Origin: Dehalococcoidia bacterium
GTDB taxonomy: Bacteria > Chloroflexota > Dehalococcoidia > UBA6926
Direction of reading: 5' to 3'
NCBI GenBank assembly: GCA_965220565.1
Contig: CBDCQG010000001.1
Span: forward strand, 1,139,473-1,203,472
Length of the DNA stretch: 64,000 nt
The notes below the pieces were generated by a model. That model saw only the letters and a list, made by a program, of their open reading frames with translations, was not told the origin of the DNA and did not search any database. Position numbers and translations under genes: made by a program. Numbering within the stretch: the first letter of the stretch is position 1; each line of letters begins with the position of its first letter. Positions 10,318 to 20,952 of the stretch are shown here, piece by piece.

Positions 10318-11499
10318 ATGCCACTACCAGAGCAGGCACGCCGCGTCGCGCAGTTGCCCCCGTATCTCTTTGTGGAGGTCACGCGCAAGATCAACGAGAA
10401 GCGCGCCCGCGGCGAGGATGTCATCTCCCTCGCCATCGGCGACCCCGACCTGCCCTCCGCGCCTCACATCATCAGCGCGCTCGTCACATCGTTGGAGGAT
10501 GTCGCCAATCACCGCTACCCGGAATCCGACGGCCTGCCGGCGTTCAGGCGTTCAGTCGCCGACTGGTACAAGAAGCGGTTCGGCGTGGAGTTCGACCCCG
10601 ACACGGAAGTCCTCCCGACCATCGGCTCGAAGGAGGGCATCGCCCACATCGCGTGGTGCTACATCGACCAGGGCGACATCGCGTTGGTGCCTGACCCCGG
10701 CTATCCCGTCTACAGCGTTGGCACGATGCTGGCAGGCGGCGAATCGTATTACATGCCGCTCCATCGCGAGACCGGTTTCCTGCCGGACCTCGATGCGATT
10801 CCGGAGGATGTGGCCCGAAAGGCCAAGCTGTTGTGGATCAACTACCCCAACAACCCCACGGCGGCTGTCGCGGAACTGGATTTCTACGAGCGCGTCGTCG
10901 AGTTCGCCAGGAAGTACGACATCGTGGTCTGCCACGACGGCCCCTACACAGAGGTTGCGTTTGACGGGTACCAGCCCGTGAGCTTCATGCAGGTGGACGG
11001 GGCGAAGGACGTGGGCATCGAGTTCCACTCCCTGTCCAAGTCGTACAACATGACCGGCTGGCGAATCGGCATGACCGTCGGCAACGCTGAGGTCACCAAC
11101 GCGCTGATGCGGATCAAGTCGAACGTGGACTCCGGCGTGTTCCAGGCGGTGCAGTTGGCGGGCATCGCCGCGCTGGAAGGGCCGCAGGACACCATCGACC
11201 ACCACAACGCCGTCTACCAGGCGAGGCGAGACAAGCTCATCCCTGCCCTGCGTAAGATGGGGCTTGAGGTCGATCCGCCCAAGGCAAGCCTGTATGTTTG
11301 GGCCAAGCTGCCGGACGGAGTGTTGTCCGGCGACTTTGCCTCGCGCCTCATCGAGGAAGCGAATGTCGTTGTGACGCCGGGCCGCGGCTACGGCGAGGCG
11401 GGCGAGGGATACATCCGCTGCTCGCTGACCGTTGGGGATGACGCCCTTGACCGCGCGCTGGAGCGGCTGGGCAACGTGAACGTCTCTGATCTGATGTGA
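10318..11499 (+). CDS. dapL: PLP-dependent aminotransferase class I, LL-diaminopimelate aminotransferase (DapL)-like
   Basis: [10 protein letters not shown] and AIGDPDLP DapL-like motifs and ~393 aa length. dapF lies 4 kb upstream. Confidence 0.65.
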   Translation: MPLPEQARRVAQLPPYLFVEVTRKINEKRARGEDVISLAIGDPDLPSAPHIISALVTSLEDVANHRYPESDGLPAFRRSVADWYKKRFGVEFDPDTEVLPTIGSKEGIAHIAWCYIDQGDIALVPDPGYPVYSVGTMLAGGESYYMPLHRETGFLPDLDAIPEDVARKAKLLWINYPNNPTAAVAELDFYERVVEFARKYDIVVCHDGPYTEVAFDGYQPVSFMQVDGAKDVGIEFHSLSKSYNMTGWRIGMTVGNAEVTNALMRIKSNVDSGVFQAVQLAGIAALEGPQDTIDHHNAVYQARRDKLIPALRKMGLEVDPPKASLYVWAKLPDGVLSGDFASRLIEEANVVVTPGRGYGEAGEGYIRCSLTVGDDALDRALERLGNVNVSDLM

Positions 11500-11849
11500 G
11501 CGGACGAACCACTATGACGCAGGCGAGCAAACCGCAGCGCACGAAAAATACCGTCAGCCCATTCGATGCTGACGAGGAGCGTGTGATGCTCTTCCTGGCA
11601 CAGGCGGAACGGTCCATGACGCTGCGGGAATTGTCAGCCGGTCTTGAGACCTCCGCGGAGGGCCTGCGCGAGGCGATGCGTTCGCTTTATCGGCGTCATT
11701 TCCTGCTGGTATCTCGGGGCATCGGACAGATTGAAGACACGTACATTCTTCCCCAGTCTGCCCGCAAGTACGTCCGCCGTTACCTGCTGCCGGAGACGCC
11801 GGGCGAGCTGCCGATCGAGGTTCCCAGGATCACGGAAAAGCGGCGCTAA
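11496..11849 (+). CDS. Hypothetical small protein, possibly winged-helix
   Basis: The ORF is coupled to the upstream aminotransferase by an ATGA overlap. No recognisable catalytic motifs. Confidence 0.3.
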   Translation: MSGRTTMTQASKPQRTKNTVSPFDADEERVMLFLAQAERSMTLRELSAGLETSAEGLREAMRSLYRRHFLLVSRGIGQIEDTYILPQSARKYVRRYLLPETPGELPIEVPRITEKRR

Positions 11850-12565
11850 AGATCCGCGTTAAAGGCGAACCAGTTGACCCACCAGTAGTAGGTGATGTAG
11901 GCGCCCGCGCCGATGAGCATGACCGGGCTCGCCCACTCCACAATCGGCATCGCCTGGCGAATGACAACGCGAATCAGGTCTTTGAAGACCGCCGCTCCCA
12001 GCGTCAACCCAATCAGGCCGACGCCCATCCCCGCGCCGTAGATCAGGAACATGATGAATGCCGCATAGCCGCCGATGACCTGCCCCTGCGCAAGAATGGC
12101 CAGGAAGATGGGAAACGTGCAGCTCAATGTGGCAAGCGCATAGGCCAGTCCGAACAGGAAAACGGACGTCAGTCCCCGGCTTCCCGTTCCCCAGTTGACG
12201 CCGATGGTCGGAATGAGTGCGATAGAGCGCTTGTTGACCAGCATGAAAACGATCATGTACGCGCCCAGGAGCACGAGCGCGACGCCGACGATGATTGCGA
12301 TATAGGGAATAATGTCGCGCAAGACGGTTCCCACGGCGCTCCACACGACGCCAAACGCGCCGAATAAGAACAGGAACGCAAGGGCCGCCGTGCCGCCGAC
12401 AAGCATTGCCTGCCCAAGGCGGAGCACAATGGGCCGCTCTTCATAGCCCTCCTCGCGTGAACCGATGTAGTAGCCGATGTACGCGGGCAGCATCGCAACC
12501 CCGCACGGGCTGGCCAGGGCGACAAATCCGGCGCTAAACGCGAACGCGAAGGGGAGATTGAACAT
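11846..12565 (-). CDS. ccdA: Cytochrome c biogenesis protein CcdA / DsbD-like thiol:disulfide transporter
   Basis: A polytopic membrane protein with a conserved Cys in TM1 (ASPCGVAMLP) and a second Cys (LSCTFP). Confidence 0.7.
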   Translation of the reverse strand: MFNLPFAFAFSAGFVALASPCGVAMLPAYIGYYIGSREEGYEERPIVLRLGQAMLVGGTAALAFLFLFGAFGVVWSAVGTVLRDIIPYIAIIVGVALVLLGAYMIVFMLVNKRSIALIPTIGVNWGTGSRGLTSVFLFGLAYALATLSCTFPIFLAILAQGQVIGGYAAFIMFLIYGAGMGVGLIGLTLGAAVFKDLIRVVIRQAMPIVEWASPVMLIGAGAYITYYWWVNWFAFNADL

Positions 12566-12654
12566 TAGACGACCCTCATATACCAAAAGTATACGGAGGG
12601 AACATCATCCCTGTCGGCGGAGCCACTGGCGCTGTCGAGGCCGGGGCGGCTTTG

Positions 12655-13038
12655 CTAGGCGTTGACGGTCTCTTCGTCAATGACGGCGCAGGACATCAGG
12701 CGCTCGGCCGTCTCAGTGAGCATGGCATCACCGAGAACCAGGATATCCCTCACACGCTGATCCGTTACCGAATAGAAGACGTTGCGGCCGCGTCGGTCCG
12801 CGTCAACGAAACCGCACCACCGGAGGCAGGACAGATGGCTTGAGACACGGCCTTGCGGCGCTCCCAACATCTCCACAAGCTCCGAAACGCTGCGCTCTGA
12901 CTCCAGCAGGATGTGGAGGATGCGGAGCCGGGTGGGGTCTCCAAGGCCTCGGAAGAATCGCGCCGTTGCTTCTGCGCTCGATGGCGCGAGAACCATAGGT
13001 CCGGTCGGCGTGAGGCTCATGACGTGCATTGCGTTCAT
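12655..13038 (-). CDS. ArsR/SmtB family transcriptional regulator
   Basis: An HTH with LGDPTRLRILHIL...SVSELVEMLG. The exact start codon is uncertain. Confidence 0.7.
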   Translation of the reverse strand: MNAMHVMSLTPTGPMVLAPSSAEATARFFRGLGDPTRLRILHILLESERSVSELVEMLGAPQGRVSSHLSCLRWCGFVDADRRGRNVFYSVTDQRVRDILVLGDAMLTETAERLMSCAVIDEETVNA

Positions 13039-13181
13039 TGTGTGAGTCCGTCCAATCCCTGTTCGTCCATTTGGTCTAGCCGGCCCATTCCCGGGGGCGC
13101 ATACGGCGCTCCTCACATAGCATGGACTGATTAACTATATCGTATGTCATAGCCGGAGTCCGTCAGTACAATTGAACGCAG

Positions 13182-14348
13182 ATGCGCACGCCGACGTCAC
13201 CTGTTACGCACAATCGACATTCCCTGACTTCTTTGGGTCGTGTCCTCCTGTTTGTCACGGTCATTGCAGTCGCATTCGCAACAGCCTGCGCCGGCGAGCC
13301 AACACCGACTCCCACTGCTGAACCCACCGCAACGAGCACGCCGACGGTGACACCGGCCCCGACCGCGACCCCGCGCCCAAGGGCCGCGCACACACCCCGC
13401 CCAATCAGCCTGCCCGGGGATGAGGCGTCCCACACGGATCCGGTGGAGTGGTGGTATTACAGCGGCATCATGGAGGATGAGAGCAACGACGCCTACGGGT
13501 TCCACTTCGTCATATTCCAGGCGACGAGCCCGGAGACCGGCGTTGCGGGCTATATGTCCCACGCATCCGTGTTTGACGTCGGCGGAGAGCGCCGGGAACA
13601 GTCGGTGCGCTTCGGGGTGGACGCCCAACCGCAACCGGCTGCGGGATTTGATTTCTCCCTGGCGGACTGGACACTCAGCGGCAACGATGGAACACACTCA
13701 TTCGCCGCAACGACGGACACGTTTGGATTCAATCTCACCGTGGAGGCCACCAAGCCTGCCGTTCTCCATAACGAGACCGGCTACCTGGAGGCACTGAACG
13801 GTTGGACGTATTACTACAGCTGGACCGATATGGACCTGCACGGCACACTCACGGTCAATGGGCAGGAGTTGGCCGTTACCGGCGAAGCGTGGATGGACCA
13901 CCAGTGGGGCGACTTTGTCGTCAGCGGATACCCGAGCGGTTGGCAATGGTTCGCCGTCTCCATGGACAACAACTATGAGTTGATGGTGGCCGAGGCCCGT
14001 GAGTCCGACGGGCAGGTCATCACGTACAGCACGTTGGTCGACCCGTCCGGCGCAGCAACGCACATCGACGGCGAGGACATCACGATCGACGTTCTTGACA
14101 CATGGACAAGCCCGCACACCGGAGGGGAATACCCCGCGGGATGGCGGATCACTATCCCCGCGCACGAAATCTCCATGACGCTCACACCCTTGCTGGACGA
14201 CCAGGAATTCACGCTCGCCTTTCCGCCGAACACGATCTACTGGGAGGGGCTGACGGCAACGGACATCACTTTCCGTGGCGCGCCTGTCGGTGGTTCTGCG
14301 TACGTGGAGCTCGTGGGGTATGCGCCTCCCCCGACGCCGGACGCGTGA
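13182..14348 (+). CDS. Secreted CrtC/AttH-like (hydroxyneurosporene synthase family) lipocalin-fold protein
   Basis: Signal/TM segment, lipobox-like TAC, Pro/Thr linker, then WWYYSG and MDHQWGDF motifs as in CrtC/AttH. Confidence 0.5.
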   Translation: MRTPTSPVTHNRHSLTSLGRVLLFVTVIAVAFATACAGEPTPTPTAEPTATSTPTVTPAPTATPRPRAAHTPRPISLPGDEASHTDPVEWWYYSGIMEDESNDAYGFHFVIFQATSPETGVAGYMSHASVFDVGGERREQSVRFGVDAQPQPAAGFDFSLADWTLSGNDGTHSFAATTDTFGFNLTVEATKPAVLHNETGYLEALNGWTYYYSWTDMDLHGTLTVNGQELAVTGEAWMDHQWGDFVVSGYPSGWQWFAVSMDNNYELMVAEARESDGQVITYSTLVDPSGAATHIDGEDITIDVLDTWTSPHTGGEYPAGWRITIPAHEISMTLTPLLDDQEFTLAFPPNTIYWEGLTATDITFRGAPVGGSAYVELVGYAPPPTPDA

Positions 14349-14399
14349 GCATCTCCCTCACCCTAACCCTCCCTCACAAGGGGGAAGGGGATTTTGAGG

Positions 14400-15122
14400 T
14401 TAGTCGTCCTCGTCGTCCATTCCATAGGTGCGGAATGTTGCGCCCCACCGGTCTGAATGCTTGTACGTGAGATCCTCAAATAGCCCGGAGAATTGCGGCG
14501 TATCGATGGGATCAGTCGTCATGACGTAGGCGTCCTCGCCGTTGTCCGAGTAGTAGCGCTTGCGTCGCCCGACGATCTTGAAGCCGTATTTCCGGTAGAG
14601 ATTCTGGGCGATTTCGTTTGATACCCGAACCTCCAGCGTCACGGCCCGGCAATTGAGCAGCTTGCTCGCCTCCACCGCGCCGATGATGAGCAGTTCACCG
14701 ATCCCCTGTCCCCGGTGCGACGCGCGCACGCCCACGCTCGTCACATGGCCCTCATCGATGACCGCCCACAGACCGAGATAACCGGCGATCAGTTCCTCGG
14801 TTGGGGGCGGCGCGTCTCCGTCGACCCCGAGGAGCCGCTTGACGGTGGTCGTGATCCGTCCGCCGCGCCCCCGCCCGTTTCCTCCCGGTTTATCAGTAGG
14901 TGGAAGATCATTCTTGCGGGCATAATCGTTATAGGGCGCATCATGAGAAACGGCAACCAGATAATGCGCATACTTGCGTTCACGCAGATCACGCCGGAAC
15001 GGCGGCGCGTACCTGTTCTCGGGAAACGCGTCACGGTCTATCTGGGCAGCCTGAGTGATATCGCCCTCATGCATGGGGCGCAGCAGCCAGGGCATCGCGT
15101 CAAACGCGTCGTTGTCCACCAT
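14400..15122 (-). CDS. GNAT N-acetyltransferase, RimI-like, with a Gly/Arg-rich insertion
   Basis: Acetyl-CoA site HRGQGIGELLI and a RimI-like core are present. The insertion KPGGNGRGRGGRITTT is unusual. Confidence 0.65.
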   Translation of the reverse strand: MVDNDAFDAMPWLLRPMHEGDITQAAQIDRDAFPENRYAPPFRRDLRERKYAHYLVAVSHDAPYNDYARKNDLPPTDKPGGNGRGRGGRITTTVKRLLGVDGDAPPPTEELIAGYLGLWAVIDEGHVTSVGVRASHRGQGIGELLIIGAVEASKLLNCRAVTLEVRVSNEIAQNLYRKYGFKIVGRRKRYYSDNGEDAYVMTTDPIDTPQFSGLFEDLTYKHSDRWGATFRTYGMDDEDD

Positions 15123-15216
15123 TGACCTCTCGTTGCCTGCAAAGAGGATAAATTGAAACAGTCGTTAACGGACAGCTAACCCGAAGAGGAACCCAAACGT
15201 TATCTGGATGTAGTGA

Positions 15217-15831
15217 ATGAACCACGAGCCACGACGCATTCACTCGGGGGCGGGAACATCACTGACTGATGATGACATCGCAGCCATTGTTCAGCAGGCG
15301 CAGAACGGGGAGGCAGCTGCGTTTGGTCAACTCTATGAAATCTATTCCGACAGGGTCTTTCGATACGTCGCCTATCGCGTAGACAGTGACGCGGACGCGG
15401 AGGACATCACAGAGGATGTGTTCATTCGAATGTTAGAGGCAATCGGATCATTCAAGTGGAGGCAGGCGCCGTTCTCGGCGTGGCTCATGCGCATCGCGCA
15501 CAACCGCGTCATTGACCACTACCGCCGCAGCCGTCTCCGTACGGCAACGCCGCTTGATGATGCGCCCCCCCTTCCCTCTCGTGAGCGAGACCCGCAAGAC
15601 AGGGTTGACATATTCTCAGACCTCCAGGACCTGCGCGTGGCGATGGCCGGCCTGACGGACCTGCAGCGGCAGGTGATATCTCTCAGGTTCGGCTCAGACT
15701 TGTCAATCGCCGAGACAGCTCATGTGATGAACCGCAATGAAGGCGCGGTGAAGGCGCTGCAGCACAGCGCGATCCGCGCATTGCGCCGGCTCATGCTGCC
15801 CGGAAATGCGCACGGCGGTGCAACGCCATGA
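15217..15831 (+). CDS. ECF-type RNA polymerase sigma-70 factor
   Basis: Region 2 (VFRYVAYRV...EDITEDVFIRM) and a region 4 HTH (SIAETAHVMNRNEGAVKAL). Confidence 0.85.
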   Translation: MNHEPRRIHSGAGTSLTDDDIAAIVQQAQNGEAAAFGQLYEIYSDRVFRYVAYRVDSDADAEDITEDVFIRMLEAIGSFKWRQAPFSAWLMRIAHNRVIDHYRRSRLRTATPLDDAPPLPSRERDPQDRVDIFSDLQDLRVAMAGLTDLQRQVISLRFGSDLSIAETAHVMNRNEGAVKALQHSAIRALRRLMLPGNAHGGATP

Positions 15832-17204
15832 CGATGCTGCCGCCTGACGACCCCGCCCTTTCGGATATCGTGGATGAGTGCCTTGAGGCGCTCCGAAACG
15901 GTGAGTCCATTGACGACTGCCTGAGCCGTCATCCGGACATCGCGGACGAGCTGCGGCCCCTGCTGACCGCCGCCATGGCGCTGGCCGGCGTTGCTCCCAC
16001 GCGTGATGACACAACGCGCCGCATGGCGCATACACGCTTTGAGGGCGCCGTGCGGCATCACTTTTCCACAAACCGGCGCACGACATCCGGGCGATTCTCC
16101 ATCCGGGAATGGTGGAACAGCCGCGCCTCCGGGTGGTCGCGCGTGTGGGTCGTTGGATTCGCCACGATGGCGTTTTTCGCCATCCTGAGCACGGGCGCGG
16201 CGTATGCCTCAACGGACGCAATGCCCGATAGCCCGCTCTATCCCGTGAAGCGCGCCACGGAGCACGCGCGGCTGGCGATCACGTTCTCGGACGAGAGCCG
16301 CGCCATCTATCACCTGGAACTCATTGAACGACGCACGTTGGAGCTTGCGGCCGTCGCAGAGAGCGGCGACCAGCAAAAGGCGGAACAGCTCAGTCGTGAC
16401 GTGCTCAAGAATATCGAATTCGCGCGCGTGGAGGCGGGATACACGCACGACGATGAAACCCTTCACCAGGCGGCTTCGAGCCAGCAGGCCGTCATGTCGG
16501 AATCGGCGCCCGAATCCCAGGAGCAGGTGGAGCTGACCGCAGTCAGAGACGATCCGGGCGTGAGTCCGGAGGCGGCGCGACCGACACCACGCGATATCCG
16601 GCTCCGCGCCTATCTTGAAGCCGAACGCGCGACGGCCGCCCGAGCCTATGCAATGCTGCTGATCGCTCACCAGATCGCGCCGCCCCATATGCAGGTGCAT
16701 ACCCTTAACGCACTGACCCTCGCGGAACAACGCTATCGTCAGACGCGCTACGCCACCGAGCCCGCTCCGCTCTCACGGACGCTCTTCGCGCAGGGAATTG
16801 CGCGCATCAATGGCAGAGACATGACGATCGGCGGCGGCCTGCGATTCGAGATCTCTCACGATGCTCTGTGGAATCGGCCGCCGCGAGACGGAGACATGGT
16901 TGCGGTCGGAGGCTATGTGCGGGATGACGGGGTCCTGCTTGTGCTGCGCCTGTACGCCTTTGAGGCGGAGGGTGTGGCTGCAGATCAGATCTGGCTGCAG
17001 TCTGAAGCGCTTGGAGGGAACGAGGAATTCCTCTTCATCCCCGGGTTCAACGTTTCAGTGGACGATTGGTCGCACGTGGGGAACGCGGCAAGCGACCGAG
17101 GCCCCTGGGTCTACATACAAGGAACAGTGAGCGACTACGGCCAAGTTGACGGGGAAGACATTCAACTGCTTGGGCAAGGCCCCATTCTGTTCCCGCACCC
17201 GTAG
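15828..17204 (+). CDS. Putative anti-sigma factor, single TM, with a DUF5667-like periplasmic domain
   Basis: 4-nt overlap with the sigma gene. The central TM (WVVGFATMAFFAIL) is followed by SPLYPVKRATEHARL. Confidence 0.5.
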   Translation: MTMLPPDDPALSDIVDECLEALRNGESIDDCLSRHPDIADELRPLLTAAMALAGVAPTRDDTTRRMAHTRFEGAVRHHFSTNRRTTSGRFSIREWWNSRASGWSRVWVVGFATMAFFAILSTGAAYASTDAMPDSPLYPVKRATEHARLAITFSDESRAIYHLELIERRTLELAAVAESGDQQKAEQLSRDVLKNIEFARVEAGYTHDDETLHQAASSQQAVMSESAPESQEQVELTAVRDDPGVSPEAARPTPRDIRLRAYLEAERATAARAYAMLLIAHQIAPPHMQVHTLNALTLAEQRYRQTRYATEPAPLSRTLFAQGIARINGRDMTIGGGLRFEISHDALWNRPPRDGDMVAVGGYVRDDGVLLVLRLYAFEAEGVAADQIWLQSEALGGNEEFLFIPGFNVSVDDWSHVGNAASDRGPWVYIQGTVSDYGQVDGEDIQLLGQGPILFPHP

Positions 17205-17254
17205 GGCTTTCGCTTGGCGTTAGGCGGGCAAACCCAACGTAACTCGCGCTATAC

Positions 17255-19081
17255 TTGGATGTTATGAACCGTCCCGCCCAAAAGTCGGGCGTTTGGTATA
17301 ACGTTCGTATCTTTCTGCGCCTGCAGACTTTTCTCCTGCCGTATTGGCGTCGGGCAACACTCACCTACGTCCTGTTGTTCGTCTCCAGCGCCAGCGCCCT
17401 GGTGATTCCGTGGCTCTTCGGACGAGCAGTCGATCGACTCGTTGAGCAGGCATCCATCGGCACGATCCTAACGGTGGCCGGGTGGATCCTGGTTGCGGCC
17501 ATCATCCGCGGAGTCACGTCGTACGGTCAAAGCTACTTCAGCCAGGCCGTCTCACAGCTCGTTGCGTATGACCTGCGCAACGCCATGTATGACCGTTTCC
17601 AGCGGCAGAGTTTCTCATTCTTCGATACGTCGCGGACAGCGGAGTTGATGTCACGGGCGACGGCGGACGTGGAGTCCGTTCGCATGCTCATCAGCTTCGC
17701 GCTGGTCCGCATCGTGCAGGTCGCGGTGATGCTCTTGATGGTGACCGTCGTGCTGCTCCAATCCAATTGGCAGTTGGCATTGGTAACGCTGGTGGTCCTG
17801 CCGTTCATCGCCTATCGCACGACGCGAACAAGCCGCCGCCTGCGTCCCGTCTGGCTCTCCGTGCAGCAGGAAATGGCGGCCCTGAGCACAGTTCTTCAGG
17901 AAAGCCTGTCCGGCATGCGCGTTGTGAAAGCGTTCGGACGCGAGAAAGAGGAGACGGAGCGTTTCAACAAGCAGGCGCACGTACTCTACGAGCGCAACAT
18001 CACTGCCAATGACGAGCAGGCCCTCAACACGTCGCTGATGACGTTCTCCGTCTACTTTGCCGCGGGCATCCAGCTGCTGTACGGCGGGTACCTGGTTATG
18101 CAGGGCAATCTCACACCCGGCGACCTCACCGCCTTCCTGTTCTATTTGCTGACGATTACGGTCTACGTCCGCATGATCGGCTGGCTCGGCAACCAGCTTT
18201 CCCGCGCTGTCGCGTCCGGCGAACGCATCTTTGAGATCCTGGACGCCCGTCCGGAGGTGCGTGAGAAGCCGGATGCCACGGACAACGCCGTCGTCGCCGG
18301 CCGCATCGCATTCAATACCGTCTCGTTCGGCTACGGCGGGCGCGATGACGTGCTGAAGGACGTGACCTTCGTGGCGGAGCCGGGGCAGGTCATCGCCGTG
18401 GTTGGGGCGACGGGCAGCGGCAAGACAACCCTCGTCAGCCTCATTCCGCGGTTCTACGACCCGACGCGCGGGGCAGTCGTCATCGACGGCGAGGACGTGC
18501 GGAACATGACGCTGGACCACCTGCGCGGTTCAATCGGCCTTGTCCAGCAGGACGTGTTCCTCTTCTCAGCAACGATCCGCGACAACATCGCGTATGGAGT
18601 GCCCGGTGCGCCGGAGGAGGAGATCATCGCCGCCGCAAGCGCCGCACGCCTGGACAGCTTCATCCGCAGCCTGCCCGACCAATACGACACGTGGGTGGGC
18701 GAGCGCGGCATCAACCTCTCCGGCGGACAGCGGCAGCGACTCGCCATCGCCCGCACCCTGCTGCTGGACCCGCGCATCCTGATCCTGGATGATTCCCTCT
18801 CCAGCGTGGACGCGGAAACGGAGAGGTTGATCCAGCAGGCGCTCGACCGCGTGATGGAAGGGCGCACGACCATCGTCGTTGCACAGCGGTTGGCCAGCGT
18901 TCTGCGAGCCGACCAGATACTCGTGTTGGATGAGGGCCGCATCGTCCAGCGCGGGACGCACGCGGAACTTGTCGCGTATCCGGGGCCCTACCGCCAGATT
19001 TACGAGCTGCAGCTGCGCCACCAGGAAGAGGCATATGAGACCGCTCCGAACCCGATGACAGCCGGGGGGACGCGGCCATGA
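17255..19081 (+). CDS. ABC exporter, fused permease/ATPase, subunit 1 of a heterodimer
   Basis: Six-TM N-domain, then Walker A GATGSGKTT, signature LSGGQRQR and Walker B ILILDD. Confidence 0.85.
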   Translation: MDVMNRPAQKSGVWYNVRIFLRLQTFLLPYWRRATLTYVLLFVSSASALVIPWLFGRAVDRLVEQASIGTILTVAGWILVAAIIRGVTSYGQSYFSQAVSQLVAYDLRNAMYDRFQRQSFSFFDTSRTAELMSRATADVESVRMLISFALVRIVQVAVMLLMVTVVLLQSNWQLALVTLVVLPFIAYRTTRTSRRLRPVWLSVQQEMAALSTVLQESLSGMRVVKAFGREKEETERFNKQAHVLYERNITANDEQALNTSLMTFSVYFAAGIQLLYGGYLVMQGNLTPGDLTAFLFYLLTITVYVRMIGWLGNQLSRAVASGERIFEILDARPEVREKPDATDNAVVAGRIAFNTVSFGYGGRDDVLKDVTFVAEPGQVIAVVGATGSGKTTLVSLIPRFYDPTRGAVVIDGEDVRNMTLDHLRGSIGLVQQDVFLFSATIRDNIAYGVPGAPEEEIIAAASAARLDSFIRSLPDQYDTWVGERGINLSGGQRQRLAIARTLLLDPRILILDDSLSSVDAETERLIQQALDRVMEGRTTIVVAQRLASVLRADQILVLDEGRIVQRGTHAELVAYPGPYRQIYELQLRHQEEAYETAPNPMTAGGTRP

Positions 19082-20943
19082 TGGGCGGCGGCGGAGGCTA
19101 CAGCAGCTACGACGGCTGGGACGACGAGACCCTCGGCGCGGTTTACGACAAGCGCGTTGCCGTCAGGCTGATCCCGTACATCGCCCAATTCAAGCTGTGG
19201 GCGGCGATTGCCGTCGTGGGCATGTTGGCCGCAACGTTCAGCAGCGTCGCCATGCCGCTGTTCATCGGCCTCACCGTCGATACTGCCATCGCCACCGGCA
19301 ACACAACGCGCCTGGCGTGGATGGCGGGCGTTTTCTTCGGGCTCGTTGTCATCAACGCCATCGGTCTCTGGCTCCAATCGCGCTACATGGCGAAGGTGGC
19401 GCACGCGATGCTCGTCAACATCCGCACGCAGCTCTTTGGACACCTGCAGAAACAATCGCTGGGCTTCTATGACAAGCAGCAGGTGGGACGGCTCATGTCC
19501 CGCGTGGTGAGTGACGTTGAGCAGATCCAGCAGGTTATGACGGGCGGCGTCATCGGAACGCTCAGTGACGTTCTGACCCTGGTCGGCATCGTCGTCATCA
19601 TGTTCGTGATGGACTGGTCGCTAGCGACAGTGACGCTCAGCGTCGTCCCTGCCCTGATCATCATTGCGATCTTCTGGCAGAGGCGTGCCCGGGTGGCGTT
19701 CCTCCGCGTGCGCCGCGCCATTTCCGTCGTGAACGGAAGTTTGCAGGAGAACGTTTCCGGCGTACGGGTTGTCCAGAGCATGAACCGCGAAGACGAGAAC
19801 ATGCGCCGCTTTGACCGGATCAACTACGACCACCTTGACGCCAACCTGCGCGCGTCCCGCCTGACCGCCGGCATGTTCCCGGCGGTGGAGATCATGGTCG
19901 GCATCTCCATGGCCGTGGTGATCATCTACGGCGGATGGCAGGTTCTGCAGGGCGCGTTGACGGTTGGATTCCTCGTGGCGTTCACGTTGTGGGTGCAGCG
20001 TTTCTTTGATCCCATCCGCAACATCACCATGCAATACACGGAGCTGCAGCGCGCCATGGCGTCCGGCCAACGCATCTTTGAGTTGATGGACACACAGCCG
20101 CAGGTTGCCGACAAGGACGGCGCGCAGCCGATACCCCGCATCACCGGACGCGTCACCTTCGAGAACGTTTCATTCTCCTATGAAGACGACATCCCGGTGC
20201 TGCGAAACGTCTCGCTCGACGCCCAGCCCGGCGAGACTGTCGCGCTTGTGGGCGAGACGGGCGCAGGCAAGACCACGTTCGTCAGCCTCATCGCGCGTTT
20301 CTACGACGTGACGAGCGGACGCCTCACCATCGACGGCCATGACGTAAGGGATGTGCAGCATGAGAGCCTCGCGCACCAGATGGGCATCGTGCCGCAGGAA
20401 CCGTTCCTGTTCTCCGACACCATCGAAGCCAATATACGCTTCGGAAAGCCTGACGCGACACGCGCGGAGGTGGAGGCGGCGGCGCGCGGGGCCGGCCTGC
20501 ACGAGATCATCATGCACATGGACAACGGCTACGACACGGAGTTGCAGGAGCGCGGCGCCAACCTCAGCGTGGGCCACCGGCAGCTCGTCAGCTTCGCCCG
20601 CGCCATCCTCGCCGACCCGCGCATCCTGATCCTGGATGAGGCGACGGCCAACATCGATACACGCACGGAGGCCCGCATCCAGGACGCGCTGCGGCGGCTG
20701 TTGCCGGGTCGCACGTCATTCGTCATTGCCCACCGGCTCTCCACCATCCGTGAGGCGTCACGCATCGTGGTGATGGACAACGGCGCGATCGTGGAGATCG
20801 GCACGCACAATCAACTGCTGGCCAATGACGGCATCTATGCGCGCCTCAACGCGATCTCCTACGGCGCCGGGGAGTCCCTGAACGGCCACGCCGCGCCAAC
20901 AGCCCCTCTCCCCGCCCCCGCAGGCGGCGCAGAGGAGGAGTAG
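19078..20943 (+). CDS. ABC exporter, fused permease/ATPase, subunit 2
   Basis: GETGAGKTT, a degenerate signature LSVGHRQL and ILILDE. 4-nt overlap with subunit 1. Confidence 0.85.
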   Translation: MMGGGGGYSSYDGWDDETLGAVYDKRVAVRLIPYIAQFKLWAAIAVVGMLAATFSSVAMPLFIGLTVDTAIATGNTTRLAWMAGVFFGLVVINAIGLWLQSRYMAKVAHAMLVNIRTQLFGHLQKQSLGFYDKQQVGRLMSRVVSDVEQIQQVMTGGVIGTLSDVLTLVGIVVIMFVMDWSLATVTLSVVPALIIIAIFWQRRARVAFLRVRRAISVVNGSLQENVSGVRVVQSMNREDENMRRFDRINYDHLDANLRASRLTAGMFPAVEIMVGISMAVVIIYGGWQVLQGALTVGFLVAFTLWVQRFFDPIRNITMQYTELQRAMASGQRIFELMDTQPQVADKDGAQPIPRITGRVTFENVSFSYEDDIPVLRNVSLDAQPGETVALVGETGAGKTTFVSLIARFYDVTSGRLTIDGHDVRDVQHESLAHQMGIVPQEPFLFSDTIEANIRFGKPDATRAEVEAAARGAGLHEIIMHMDNGYDTELQERGANLSVGHRQLVSFARAILADPRILILDEATANIDTRTEARIQDALRRLLPGRTSFVIAHRLSTIREASRIVVMDNGAIVEIGTHNQLLANDGIYARLNAISYGAGESLNGHAAPTAPLPAPAGGAEEE

Positions 20944-20952
20944 GGCTGCACC

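Noticed and set aside
13250-13400. Pro/Thr/Ala-rich repetitive DNA, also at 27440-27510, 58960-59040 and 59330-59450, considered as possible mobile or tandem-repeat elements
   Set aside because: They are in-frame interdomain PT linkers of secreted or lipoprotein genes, not independent repeats.
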